A DNA stretch of 64,000 nucleotides, from positions 64,495-128,494 of the forward strand of contig JBJKYL010000013.1 in the NCBI GenBank assembly GCA_045561055.1, written 5' to 3'. Shown piece by piece: positions 25,388 to 34,783 of this stretch. Position 1 is the stretch's first letter. Every line of letters starts with the position of its first letter. Source of the DNA: Candidatus Rariloculaceae bacterium. GTDB lineage: Bacteria > Pseudomonadota > Gammaproteobacteria > Steroidobacterales > Rariloculaceae. A program made the position numbers and the translations under genes. The notes under the pieces are model-generated. The model had not been told where the DNA came from. It made no database searches and saw nothing but the letters and a program-made list of their open reading frames with translations.

Positions 25388-26878
25388 ATGAACAGCATTT
25401 CGACTCTAAGCTTAATCGTGGTGATGGGAGCGTTATCTCAGATAATTGTTGCCCAGGAGTCAGCACAACCGAATGTGCTTGTGATCATTGTAGATGATCT
25501 TCGGCCAGAGATAGGGATATATGGAAACGAGATTGTACATACGCCGCATATCGATAGGCTCGCTACAACAGGAGTGGTGTTCGAAAATGCGTTTACTGCT
25601 GTACCTGTTTGTGGTGCATCACGTGCCGCTTTCTTATCAGGCAGAAAGCCCACTACCGCACGGTTTCTGAGTTTCAATACGCGTTTAGATGAAGACCTAC
25701 CGACTGCCTCTACTTTGCCTGGTTATTTTCGAGCGCATGGATATCGCACTGTTAGCAACGGTAAGGTCTTTGATGTTACCGCTGATTCTGCAAGCTCATG
25801 GAGCGAGTCTGCGTGGAATCCAAGCGGCGATTGGACAAGTTCCCTATCACGGAATCCACGCAGAGATGATTTGCAACGTGCCTATCGTGACAATCCGCCA
25901 GGAGTGACCGGTCCGACCTTCGAGCGCCTGGAGGTCAATGATGATCAGTATCCGGATGGCAAGGTTGCCGAGAAGACAATCGATGATCTAAGGCGATTGC
26001 AGGAACTCGGTTCGCCTTTTTTTATGATGGTCGGTTTTCGTAAGCCGCATCTTCCTTTTACCGCTCCTGATAAGTATTGGTCGCTGTACGACGCAATAGA
26101 TTTTTCCTTACCGTCTACCTATCACCAAACCCCAGATGGGGTCCCCTCTAATCCTATTCATAATTCATCGGAACTACGGGCCTATGCGGGAGTGCCAGCA
26201 GCAGGACCGTTGGACGAAACTCAGGCTTTAAATCTTATCCATGCCTACTATGCGGCGGTGAGTTACGCTGATGCCCAGGTTGGAAAAATACTTTCTGCTC
26301 TACTAACGGACTTAGGCCTTGATGATGAAACTGTTGTTGTTCTACTCGGTGACCATGGTTGGAATCTCGGCGATCATACGATGTGGAATAAGCACACGCT
26401 GTTCGATATTGCCTTACGGACACCGCTCATCATTAAGACTCCAAGTAAGGCAAGTGCTCGGGTCGATGCGATCGTAAGTCTTCTTGATTTGTTTCCTACG
26501 CTTGTAGACCTGGCAGGATTATCTGCTCCACCAGATTTAGATGGAGTAAGTCTCATTCCTGTACTCGACAATGTGGCTGATGAAGTTAGAACGGTAGCGA
26601 TAAGCCGTTATTTCGATGGCGCATCTGCGCGGACACGACAGTTTCGCTACACAGACTGGCGTGATGAGCAGGGTCAGGTGACAGCAAGAATGCTGTTCGA
26701 CTTAACTATTGACCCGGATGAAACAAGAAACGTTGCCGAAGATGGCGATTACAAGAAGGTCGTCGAAGAGTTAAGCGCCCTCATAATCGCGGATGAAAGT
26801 AATCAACCATGGTCTCCGTTACTAGATCGCTATATTGAATCCAGATTTACCTTCTCGCACAGTGCGGCTGTCGAGTAA
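25388..26878 (+). CDS. Exported Cys-type sulfatase, iduronate-2-sulfatase-like
   Basis: Signal peptide, then PNVLVIIVDDLRPEIGIYGNEIVHTPHIDRLA and the FGly motif VPVCGASRAAFLSGRKP (C-x-A-x-R). Later LLGDHGWNLGDH. Confidence 0.9.
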   Translation: MNSISTLSLIVVMGALSQIIVAQESAQPNVLVIIVDDLRPEIGIYGNEIVHTPHIDRLATTGVVFENAFTAVPVCGASRAAFLSGRKPTTARFLSFNTRLDEDLPTASTLPGYFRAHGYRTVSNGKVFDVTADSASSWSESAWNPSGDWTSSLSRNPRRDDLQRAYRDNPPGVTGPTFERLEVNDDQYPDGKVAEKTIDDLRRLQELGSPFFMMVGFRKPHLPFTAPDKYWSLYDAIDFSLPSTYHQTPDGVPSNPIHNSSELRAYAGVPAAGPLDETQALNLIHAYYAAVSYADAQVGKILSALLTDLGLDDETVVVLLGDHGWNLGDHTMWNKHTLFDIALRTPLIIKTPSKASARVDAIVSLLDLFPTLVDLAGLSAPPDLDGVSLIPVLDNVADEVRTVAISRYFDGASARTRQFRYTDWRDEQGQVTARMLFDLTIDPDETRNVAEDGDYKKVVEELSALIIADESNQPWSPLLDRYIESRFTFSHSAAVE

Positions 26879-26944
26879 TGACGGTTAAGTGAAAGCTTGT
26901 CCAATGCGCCGAGTACCGGTCTAGATTCCTCCGCTACCAAAAGT

Positions 26945-26987
26945 AAAAAACCCCGGCCGACTAGCGCCGACCGGGGTCCTCATTTTT
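26945..26987. terminator. Bidirectional rho-independent terminator between convergent sulfatase and TonB-receptor genes
   Basis: AAAAAA-CCCCGGCCGAC-TAGC-GCCGACCGGGG-TCCTCATTTTT. GC-rich stem 26951-26976 (6 bp plus 3 further pairs across two mismatches). On the minus strand it is followed directly by T6; on the plus strand a T5 tract follows 6 nt later. Confidence 0.6.
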
Positions 26988-27033
26988 CTACTCTTAGTTA
27001 GCTGAAAAAAGAAGCTAACATTATTTGTAGCCT

Positions 27034-29612
27034 TTAGAAGGTGTAGTTTATGCGTAAACCAACTTCTCGAGGAAGACGTGGACGGTACCGCCAGGTGTTA
27101 TCAGCCAAAGCTTTTTGGGTCCATCCACCCCCCCGCAATTACATTGCCAGTACGGTCTCTATAATCATCAACATCAAGGGGTACACTTGAGTTGGTGAGG
27201 TTATTGCCGAACACAATGACGTCCCAGTTGTCATTGGTAAAGCGGACTTGGCCTGTGACCGTGTTCGAAGCCGGTAGCGACATCAGGTTGGCGACATCAT
27301 AGTATCTTGAACTGGCATAACGTGTGCCCAATCGTCCGGACCATTCCCAACCACCGCCTAGTACCGCTGGCGCTGTGAACTGAGCTGAAAGCGAATATTG
27401 AAGCTCTGCATTTCTTTCGATTTCATTCCCGATGACGTCATAACACCCTGCGCCACCTTTCGGTTGTTCCAGTTGCCGTGTAACCGAAGCGGTCGACCAT
27501 GGAATAGTCACAGTTATGACCATATTTATTGTCTTGGAGTGACATGGTGTACCTGAATGACCAGTTATCGTTTAGCACGTAATTAGTCTCAAGCTCGATA
27601 CCCTTCAGGTCGCCCGTGCCAGAATTTTTTCGCACTCCATTGATGTCGGTATAGTCTTCGTCGTAGATAAGGCCGTTAGTATAGGTACCATCGTTCCAGC
27701 AAACTGTGGTTGGTTTACCCGCACAGCCACCCGCCTCCGTAACGATTTCACCCGTCCAGATAAACCGTTCGTTGATCATCATATCTTGCCAGTCAATTGC
27801 GTATATTGCGGCCGTTAGTTGCAGTCTACCGTCTAACGCGGAGCCTTTAACTCCAAACTCAAGGTTAGTCAGCGTTTGCTCTTTGGCCTTCGCAAAATCA
27901 GCAGCGGTATAGTTGATAAATCCTGCTTTCTTCGCGGCTTCACTCGCAGCCTGAACTGTTGGATTGATCATCTCCGGTGTAGCAGTGGCAGGACCGCCAC
28001 CCTGGGCTAGCTGGCCATAAAGAGAAAAGCTGTCATTGAGCATGTAATTAAATGACAGGCGTGGTTGGAATGAATCCGTTACCTGAACAATTGTTTCAGT
28101 GCTAACAATATCTCTTGTCAACTGTTCGTCTCTTTGAACGCGGCCCTCAGCGCCGAGGGTTAATCGATCATTAACATCGTAGGTGATGCTACCGTAGATA
28201 CCTTGCGCACTGGTATCGACGTTCTGTCGTCGGGCTGGCTCAAATGGTTTGCAGTCGTTTAGCAGACAAGCCAGACCGTGTTCCGGGTGTTCAACGTCCA
28301 TAAACTCGTTGATGGCAGCATCGCTATAGCCAAAGTCGAAACTAGAAAATCCAACCAACCAACGAAGTTGCTGGTCTCCTGGCGAGATCCACCGCACGTC
28401 AAGGTAGGTTTCCTTATCAGATCCACGGCGATTGCCCATTGTTGCCGGTATTTCGGGAACTAAAACCTTTCTTTCCTGCGGTTTTTGCATCCGACATATC
28501 GGAGTCTATCCACCGCCTTGCGACGTCCTCTGTCGATGAACCAACGATTTGTACCAAAGAGCCACCGCCTCAGGTTGAAATTAAATTCACCTGAAATCCT
28601 CTCGCGATCCTGAATTGCACCGGGGTTCGTGATGCTTTCTGCCCATTGCCTTGTTGTAATCGGTGGTGCCTTTCGTGTATTCACTACGGAGGTCATGATT
28701 CCGCGGGTTCGGACCTGAATTTAGCGTACAGTTGAACTCCCCTTTTATATAAGGCCGACCGTTAGCTAGGGTGTGATTGTTACAAAGGTGTACTGTATCC
28801 CCGGGGATCAGATATTCACTACCCGGTCCGTCATCCACATCCGTCATCTGCGCCATGATCTCCATGTCGAAGAAATCGCTAGGAGCCCACTTCAGTTTGC
28901 CAGATACAAACTTGGTGCTCGTGGATCCAAATTTATAGCCGTCGGTAGTAACCCACTCGTCAGGAGCGTCGAATGTTTCATTCGCAACATCTAACGTAAA
29001 GCCTAAGTTATCTGTGATCGGACCACCGAGCGCCGCGCCGAGTATTGAGCGGTTCTGGTCGGAAACAGTCATCTTCACTTTAGACTCAAACTCTTCGCCC
29101 GGATCTCGCGTCACATAGTTGACGGCACCGGCGAATGTCGCACGGCCAAAAGCAGCGCTTTGGGGGCCACGCAAGACTTCAACGCGCTCTAGATCGGTAA
29201 AAGCCATCGAGGCGTTTGTACCGAAGAGGGGAGCGCCGTCGATGAAGATGGAAACGAGTTGGTTAATTGGATTCTGCGATCCCGGGTTAATGCCCCGCAT
29301 CGTTGTCCTGCCGCCTTGTCGTTCCCGGGTCTGCTCATAGTCGACGCCTGGTGTTTCGGCATAGAGATCGAAAGTGTCCAAGATATTCGCTTCTTCGGCA
29401 AAATCGGCGGTTAGTACCGAAATCGCAACAGGGACATCAAGAAGAGTCTCTTGTCGTCTTCGGGCTGTGACCACGACTTCTTCAAGAGATTCTGAAGCGC
29501 CTATCTGTGCTTGGGTGTTCGTTGTCGGAGCGATTGTTAAACCGAACGCTAGTGTAATCGCGAACGGAATCCCAATAACCGATTTTCTAAGTAAATGCCC
29601 GCAAGTAAACAT
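27034..29612 (-). pseudogene. TonB-dependent outer-membrane receptor broken by at least three or four frameshifts
   Basis: N-terminal ORF 28587-29612 has the signal peptide and plug (LEEVVVTARRRQETLLDVPVAISV). Barrel pieces continue in 28460-28696, 27438-28490 and 27101-27523. A final frame ends GLRINYTF-stop at 27034-27036, the canonical TBDR C-terminus. The last shift coincides with a C7 run at 27128-27134. Confidence 0.85.
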
Positions 29613-29805
29613 AAAACTCTCCCACGCTGATTATCAAAGCATTAAATGTAAGTCTAAATAGATTTTAAAATTATTTAGTCCAGATTGTATATGTATTATT
29701 GATTGGACCTATAGTCGTATTGCATCAAATAATAGTTAACTTTCATGAAGAAGTCTCATGAGAGAGAAAAATATTGTTGGCTTAAAACAACAAAAAGTGT
29801 TTTTC

Positions 29806-29856
29806 ATCACCGGGCAATCTGATCACCGGGCAATCTGATCACCGGGCAATCTGATC
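29806..29856. repeat. Perfect 16-bp tandem repeat, 3.2 copies (ATCACCGGGCAATCTG)
   Basis: Units at 29806-29821, 29822-29837 and 29838-29853, plus a partial ATC. Lies in the 350-bp divergent region between the TBDR start (29612, minus) and the sulfatase start (29975, plus). Confidence 0.9.
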
Positions 29857-29974
29857 TAAGAAAATTAGCTGGATGCGCACATCAATATTTGCTTATAGGT
29901 AAACTCCTTGCAAACTAGATCTGTTATCTTCCTGGTGTAAAGCGCTCGCAAAATAATAATAGGTGAGGAGTCAT

Positions 29975-31670
29975 ATGATGACATTAGTAAAGAGTGTATT
30001 TGGATTTTTGGTGCTGGGTGCGCTGTGCGCTTGCACCCCAGAAACACCGATTAGTTTCTCCGTAGATCCTGAAACAGTAGCCGCTACGGACGGTCAGCCG
30101 AATATCCTTTTTGTCGTCCTTGATGATCTTGGCTTTACAGATATGGGCGCGTTCGGCAGCGAGATACCGACACCAAATATCGATCGGCTAGCATTTGAAG
30201 GCGTGCGGTTAACCAATCTGCATGCTGCCGCGAACTGTCAATCGGCTCGTATCATGTGGATGGCAAGCACGAGTATCGCAAATGGTATCGGTATCTATCC
30301 GAGAGATGTTGAGCGGCCGGCGGGTATTCGTGGGTCCTATTTAAGCCTGGAATACGCGACGATTGCGGAGCTCCTGCAGGATGCCGGATACCAAACCTTT
30401 ATGGCGGGTAAGTGGGATCTAGGGGGTTTAGAGCACTCGCCAGCAAGGCGTGGATTTGACCGTAGTTTTGCACTCCTTCCCGCATCAGCCGATTATTTCG
30501 GCAACAATCAACGCCCGATTTCTTACGAGGAGGACGGCCGGCCGGTAGCGCTAGACGAACTACCGGATGACTTTTATACGACTAATTATTTCACTGATAA
30601 AACGCTCGAGCATCTACAGGCAAGTGATCCAGATTCACCCTGGTTTGCATACTTATCTTTCAATGCTCCCCATTGGCCGCTCATGGCACCAAGACGACTG
30701 GCTCGACCGTCACGCTGGCCGTTACGATGACGGTTACGACGTGCTTCGTGAGCAACGCGTCGGGCGAGCGAGTGAGTTAGGGGTCGTGCCAGCAGGTTTG
30801 TCACTTGATTCTTTCGTTCCGGTTGCGGAGCCCTGGGATCAATTAAGCCAAGTTGAACAGCGGCGCTATTCACGTGCTCAGGAAATCTACGCGGCTATCG
30901 TTGAGCATACTGATATGAACATCGGTCGAGTTATCGATTACCTTGAAGAAACTGGACAGCTTGAAAACACAGTGGTCATGCTGATGTCGGACCATGGTGG
31001 TTCAGCTGCCGAATCCGGAGTGTCTACAGGCCGGCTACCGACCGAAGAAAATATCCGCGGCCTTGATCCCTCTGAGATTGATAATAGTTTGGAAAATTTT
31101 GGTCGTGGTAATTCATTTATCGATCATGGCATAGGTTTTGGCGAAGCGGCGAGCGCGCCATTTCGACAGTTTAAAGCGACCTTGAGTGAGGGTGGGTTAA
31201 CCGCTGCCGCGTACGTTCGTTACCCGAGTGTGGTGCCTGCCGGCGGAGTCAGCGATACGTTCTTGACTGTAATGGATATCTTGCCAACTTTTCTTGAGAT
31301 CGGCGGGACCGAGCATCCCGGTGCGGGTGAGTATCGTGGACGTTCCATTCACGGTATTCTCGGTCGGTCGTTCCTACCCATGCTAGTAGGCGAGACAGAG
31401 GTAGTTCATCCGCCGACCGAACCGTTTGGTTGGTATCGTGGCATTTCTGGCGCTCTAATTCGCGGTGACTATAAAATCATTAATGATATAGAGCTAAGTC
31501 CGGTAGCCGGTTTATCAGGGGAACGGGCCGGATTACCGTGGCGATTGTATAATTTGGCAACCGATCGCGGCGAAACTAATGATTTGGCGCTAGAATTTCC
31601 AGACCTTACAGCTGAGCTCGCGGCAGAATGGGAAGCGAATTGGCGTAGCCGAGAGGCTAGACATAATTAA
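29975..31670 (+). pseudogene. Cys-type arylsulfatase (paralog of 4286-5875) interrupted by one frameshift
   Basis: ORF 29963-30730 (likely ATG 29975 or 29978 after AGGTGAGGAG) carries PNILFVVLDDLGFTDMGAFGSEIPTPNID, NCQSARIMWMAS and FNAPHWPLMAP. The frame is then lost near 30686-30692. ORF 30567-31670 resumes DDWLDRHAGRYDDGYDVLREQR, colinear with the intact paralog (APHWPLQLPDAWLDRYAGRYDEGYDVLREER). Confidence 0.85.
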
Positions 31671-31701
31671 TTATCGAATAATACGTTGTGGAGAGAAATA
31701 T

Positions 31702-32715
31702 ATGACTCGTTTGGGCTTATTTTTAATGGTAGTTTTCGGTTCGACCGCAGCATTAGCCCATCATGCATTCAGTGCGTTCTATGACACTAATAATGTTGGT
31801 GATATCGAGGGCGAGCTGATTGAGACGTTCTGGATCAACCCACACGCGGGTTTCAGAATTCGTACCGACGACGGTGAAATTTGGAATATCGAGACAGCGC
31901 CCGTCAATCGCTTACAGCGGTTAGGACTTGCTGAAGCTATAGTAGTGGGCGATCGGGTTACTTTTTCTGGTGCCTTTTCGCGGCTGGGACGAAATGAAGT
32001 GCTCGCTACTAACGCGATTTTGGCGGATGGTCGGGAGGTTCTGCTAGATCCCGGTTTTGCCAATCGACTCGGACTTGCGGACCGCGTAACTTCTGGTGGA
32101 AGTGATGGAGCAGATCCCGTTGCGGTTGCTGGGGGTGCTGAGCCAGAAGGTATCTACCGTGTTTGGTCGCGCGCGCGCGGGCCGAACGATCAGGACCCTG
32201 AACGCACGTTTACATCAGCCGCTCTGGCAGCCAGAGCGGCTTGGGATCCGGTCGTTGATGATCCGGCACTTCGCTGTATTGCTCCGGGGATGCCGGTTGT
32301 GATGGATACGCCTTTCCCGATGGCGTTCGAAGAAGGAGATGGTCGAATTATTCTTCGTATAGAGCAATGGGACAGTGTCCGTAGTATTCACATCGATAGC
32401 GACCTGGACCCGCAAGCGCAACCTGACTCATTAATGGGGTATTCAGTCGGGCATTGGGAAGGACGGACGCTTGTTGTAGAGACGTCGAATATCAGCTGGC
32501 CTTATGTCGATGAGTTCGGTACGCCTAAAAGTGATGAGTTTACGATTGTTGAGCGCTTCACTTTTAGCGAGGACAGTCGTGGAATGACCTGGGAGGCGAC
32601 GTCCAATGATCCATTGACCTATGAGGGTTCTGCCTTTCTTGGTAGCGCTAGTTATGAATGGGTGCCTGGCGAAGAAATCAAGCCTTATAACTGTTCGCTT
32701 GGCGCTGCAGGCTAA
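31702..32715 (+). CDS. Exported fused N+C two-module protein, paralog L5
   Basis: MTRLGLFLMVVFGSTAALA|HHAFSAFYD, FWINPHAGF, GDRVTFSG. C-module has GIYRVWS, ALRCIAPGMP, MGYSVGHWEGRTLVVETSNISWPYV, VERFTFSED, SNDPLTYEG and PYNCS. Starts 31 nt after the broken sulfatase. Confidence 0.85.
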   Translation: MTRLGLFLMVVFGSTAALAHHAFSAFYDTNNVGDIEGELIETFWINPHAGFRIRTDDGEIWNIETAPVNRLQRLGLAEAIVVGDRVTFSGAFSRLGRNEVLATNAILADGREVLLDPGFANRLGLADRVTSGGSDGADPVAVAGGAEPEGIYRVWSRARGPNDQDPERTFTSAALAARAAWDPVVDDPALRCIAPGMPVVMDTPFPMAFEEGDGRIILRIEQWDSVRSIHIDSDLDPQAQPDSLMGYSVGHWEGRTLVVETSNISWPYVDEFGTPKSDEFTIVERFTFSEDSRGMTWEATSNDPLTYEGSAFLGSASYEWVPGEEIKPYNCSLGAAG

Positions 32716-32803
32716 CTAATTGATTTGAAATATGCTACTGCCGCAGCTCTTATAGAAGTTGCGGTTACTCTAGTTATTGCCAGTGAAAAATTAAGGGATA
32801 CTT

Positions 32804-33193
32804 ATGGTTGACTTAGAAACTCCGTTGGAAGAAATCCTTGCTTCTCGGCAACCCGGTATTAGGCTTTTCGGTGTGTTTATGAAGCCGACGCCGATGATGT
32901 TGGAAAAGCGCGGGACTGCGGAAATGGACGAGATGCGCCGGCAGGCGTTTATTTACATTTGGCAGCTGGAAGAACAGAAAAAACTTCTCTTGGCAGGTCC
33001 TTTTGAAGAAGGGACGCCAAATCAGGAGGGGATGCTGCTGCTAATGGTGGAGACACTCGAGGAAGCTGAAGCAATTGCGGCGAACGAGCCAATGCATGCT
33101 GGTGGATGGCGAGTCAATACCGTTAGGAGCTTTGCTTTGAATGAGGGTCTCGTCGTTGATACCGTGCGCAAACTGATTAGCGGGACTAGCTAG
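32804..33193 (+). CDS. YciI-like (YCII-related) small protein
   Basis: 129 aa. LLLAGPFEEG...EGMLLLMVETLEEAEAIAANEPMHAGGWRVNTVRSF resembles the YciI ferredoxin-like fold signature. Confidence 0.65.
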   Translation: MVDLETPLEEILASRQPGIRLFGVFMKPTPMMLEKRGTAEMDEMRRQAFIYIWQLEEQKKLLLAGPFEEGTPNQEGMLLLMVETLEEAEAIAANEPMHAGGWRVNTVRSFALNEGLVVDTVRKLISGTS

Positions 33194-33202
33194 GTAGTAA
33201 TA

Positions 33203-34783
33203 GTGTCTTTGAAAGACTCAAAACCATTTGAATCATCTGACAAATCTTCAGATGTCGAGCAGTTTCGTCTACGGAATTTCATCACCAAGTTGGAGGAACT
33301 CGGTGAGCTGGATATTTGCGATGAGGCGATCCAGACCGCTGATATTGCGGTGCGTCTTGAGGGTAACTCGCGGGCAGTGTTATTCAACAATGTTGGTGCA
33401 GAGCAGGTTGATATTGTTGGGAACGTCATGGCATCCCGGTCGCGAATTGCAGCCGCATTCGGTGTTGAGGAAGCTGATGTTCTTGATGAGATTCGTAGTC
33501 GCCTCAAGACACCACAAACTCTCGTGGAGCTGGAGTCATCTAAAGCACCAGTTCAGCAGGAGGTGTGGTTGGGGGATGAGGCAGACTTAACGCGGCTCCC
33601 AGTTCCGTTCCAACATAGCGGCGATGGTTCTCTATATCTGTCCTCACCTATTGACGTTGTGCAGGATGCTGCGACGGGATTACATAATATCGGTTGCAGG
33701 CGTCTTATGTTGCGCGGGCGGAGAGAATGTGGCGTCGACTTGAATGCGCCTAGCGACTTGAGAGCGATATACGAAGATGCCGTTAAGGTAGGTAAACCAC
33801 TCCCAGTTAGTTTCATCCTGGGCGCTCACCCAATTGATCATTTTACTGGGGCGATGCGTGCACCGGGAGATGAACTAGAACTGATGGCGAAGTTACGGGG
33901 CACCTCCTTGCCGGTTGTAAAATGCGTTAGCAACGATTTACGCGTGCCCGCCGATGCCGAGTACGTACTTGAAGGTTACTTAAGCCCAGAGGGGCACGTT
34001 GAAAAAGAAGGTCCATACGGTGAATTTCTCGGTTACTACGGTGGCGTAAAACAGAACCCTGTTTTTCATTTAACGGCGATTACACGACGTAAGGATGCGC
34101 TATTTCAGACGACGACGATCGCTGGTCGGCGGCTCGACTGCACGGACACCTCGCAGCTCGTTTCGTTGAAGGCTGAGCTCGGAATTTGGGAGGCGCTGCG
34201 TACTGCGGTTCGCGATCCCATCGCAGTTAATGCGACGACTGCAAGCGGCGGCTGCTTTCATGCTCGCGTTGCGCTCAGGCAGCGCGCACCTGGTGATGCG
34301 CGCAACGCAATTGCCGCAGTACTGGGTAGTTTCATGAATGTGAAGCACGTCTTTATCGTTGATGAGGATATCGATATTTTTGATGATGCGCAGATGGAAT
34401 GGGCGTTAGCATCGCGATTTCAGGCAGACCGCGACTTCGTGGTGTTCGAAGGTATGAGGTTGCCACCCGTAGATCCCTCGATGGGTAAAGCAAGAGTCAG
34501 CGCCAAAGCTGGCTTCGATTTGACTATTCCTTTTGCTCAGCGTGGCAATGACGATTGGTTAGTGCCAGTCCCGCCGAATTTATCATCGACCGAGAAGCAG
34601 TTCAGCTCAGTAGCGGATGCGCTTCGTGATGGACCGAAGAGTTTTGAGGGGTTACTTCGTAGCTTAGGTTCGCAGGATGGTAGAGAAATCGTGCTTGAGC
34701 TAGAGGTTCTGAACAATGGGGGACAACTAGATAGTAGAGCAGAAGATGGAGCGTATAGATTAAAGACGCGTGATAAAAAATAA
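33203..34783 (+). CDS. UbiD-family (prFMN-dependent) aromatic acid decarboxylase
   Basis: GTG start. FRLRNFITKLEELGELDICDEAIQTADIAVRLEGNSRAVLFNNV, HPIDHF and EGPYGEFLGYYGG (UbiD EGPFGE-type motif). 526 aa. Its stop TAA shares one base with the next ATG (TAATG at 34781-34785). Confidence 0.85.
   Translation: MSLKDSKPFESSDKSSDVEQFRLRNFITKLEELGELDICDEAIQTADIAVRLEGNSRAVLFNNVGAEQVDIVGNVMASRSRIAAAFGVEEADVLDEIRSRLKTPQTLVELESSKAPVQQEVWLGDEADLTRLPVPFQHSGDGSLYLSSPIDVVQDAATGLHNIGCRRLMLRGRRECGVDLNAPSDLRAIYEDAVKVGKPLPVSFILGAHPIDHFTGAMRAPGDELELMAKLRGTSLPVVKCVSNDLRVPADAEYVLEGYLSPEGHVEKEGPYGEFLGYYGGVKQNPVFHLTAITRRKDALFQTTTIAGRRLDCTDTSQLVSLKAELGIWEALRTAVRDPIAVNATTASGGCFHARVALRQRAPGDARNAIAAVLGSFMNVKHVFIVDEDIDIFDDAQMEWALASRFQADRDFVVFEGMRLPPVDPSMGKARVSAKAGFDLTIPFAQRGNDDWLVPVPPNLSSTEKQFSSVADALRDGPKSFEGLLRSLGSQDGREIVLELEVLNNGGQLDSRAEDGAYRLKTRDKK

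Noticed and set aside
29806-29856. Possible CRISPR array
   Set aside because: The 16-bp units are directly abutting with no spacers, there are only about 3 copies, and no cas genes are nearby. It is a simple tandem repeat.
30567-30730. Apparent 164-nt overlap of two sulfatase ORFs, suggesting overlapping genes
   Set aside because: The N-terminal part of the second ORF (MTFIRLIISLIKRSS...) has no similarity to the intact paralog and is read-through before the true frame junction. The overlap is an artefact of the frameshift.
33228-33590. 120-aa plus-strand ORF overlapping the start of the UbiD gene
   Set aside because: It is an alternative frame of 33203-34783, whose own frame carries the UbiD family motifs over its full length.
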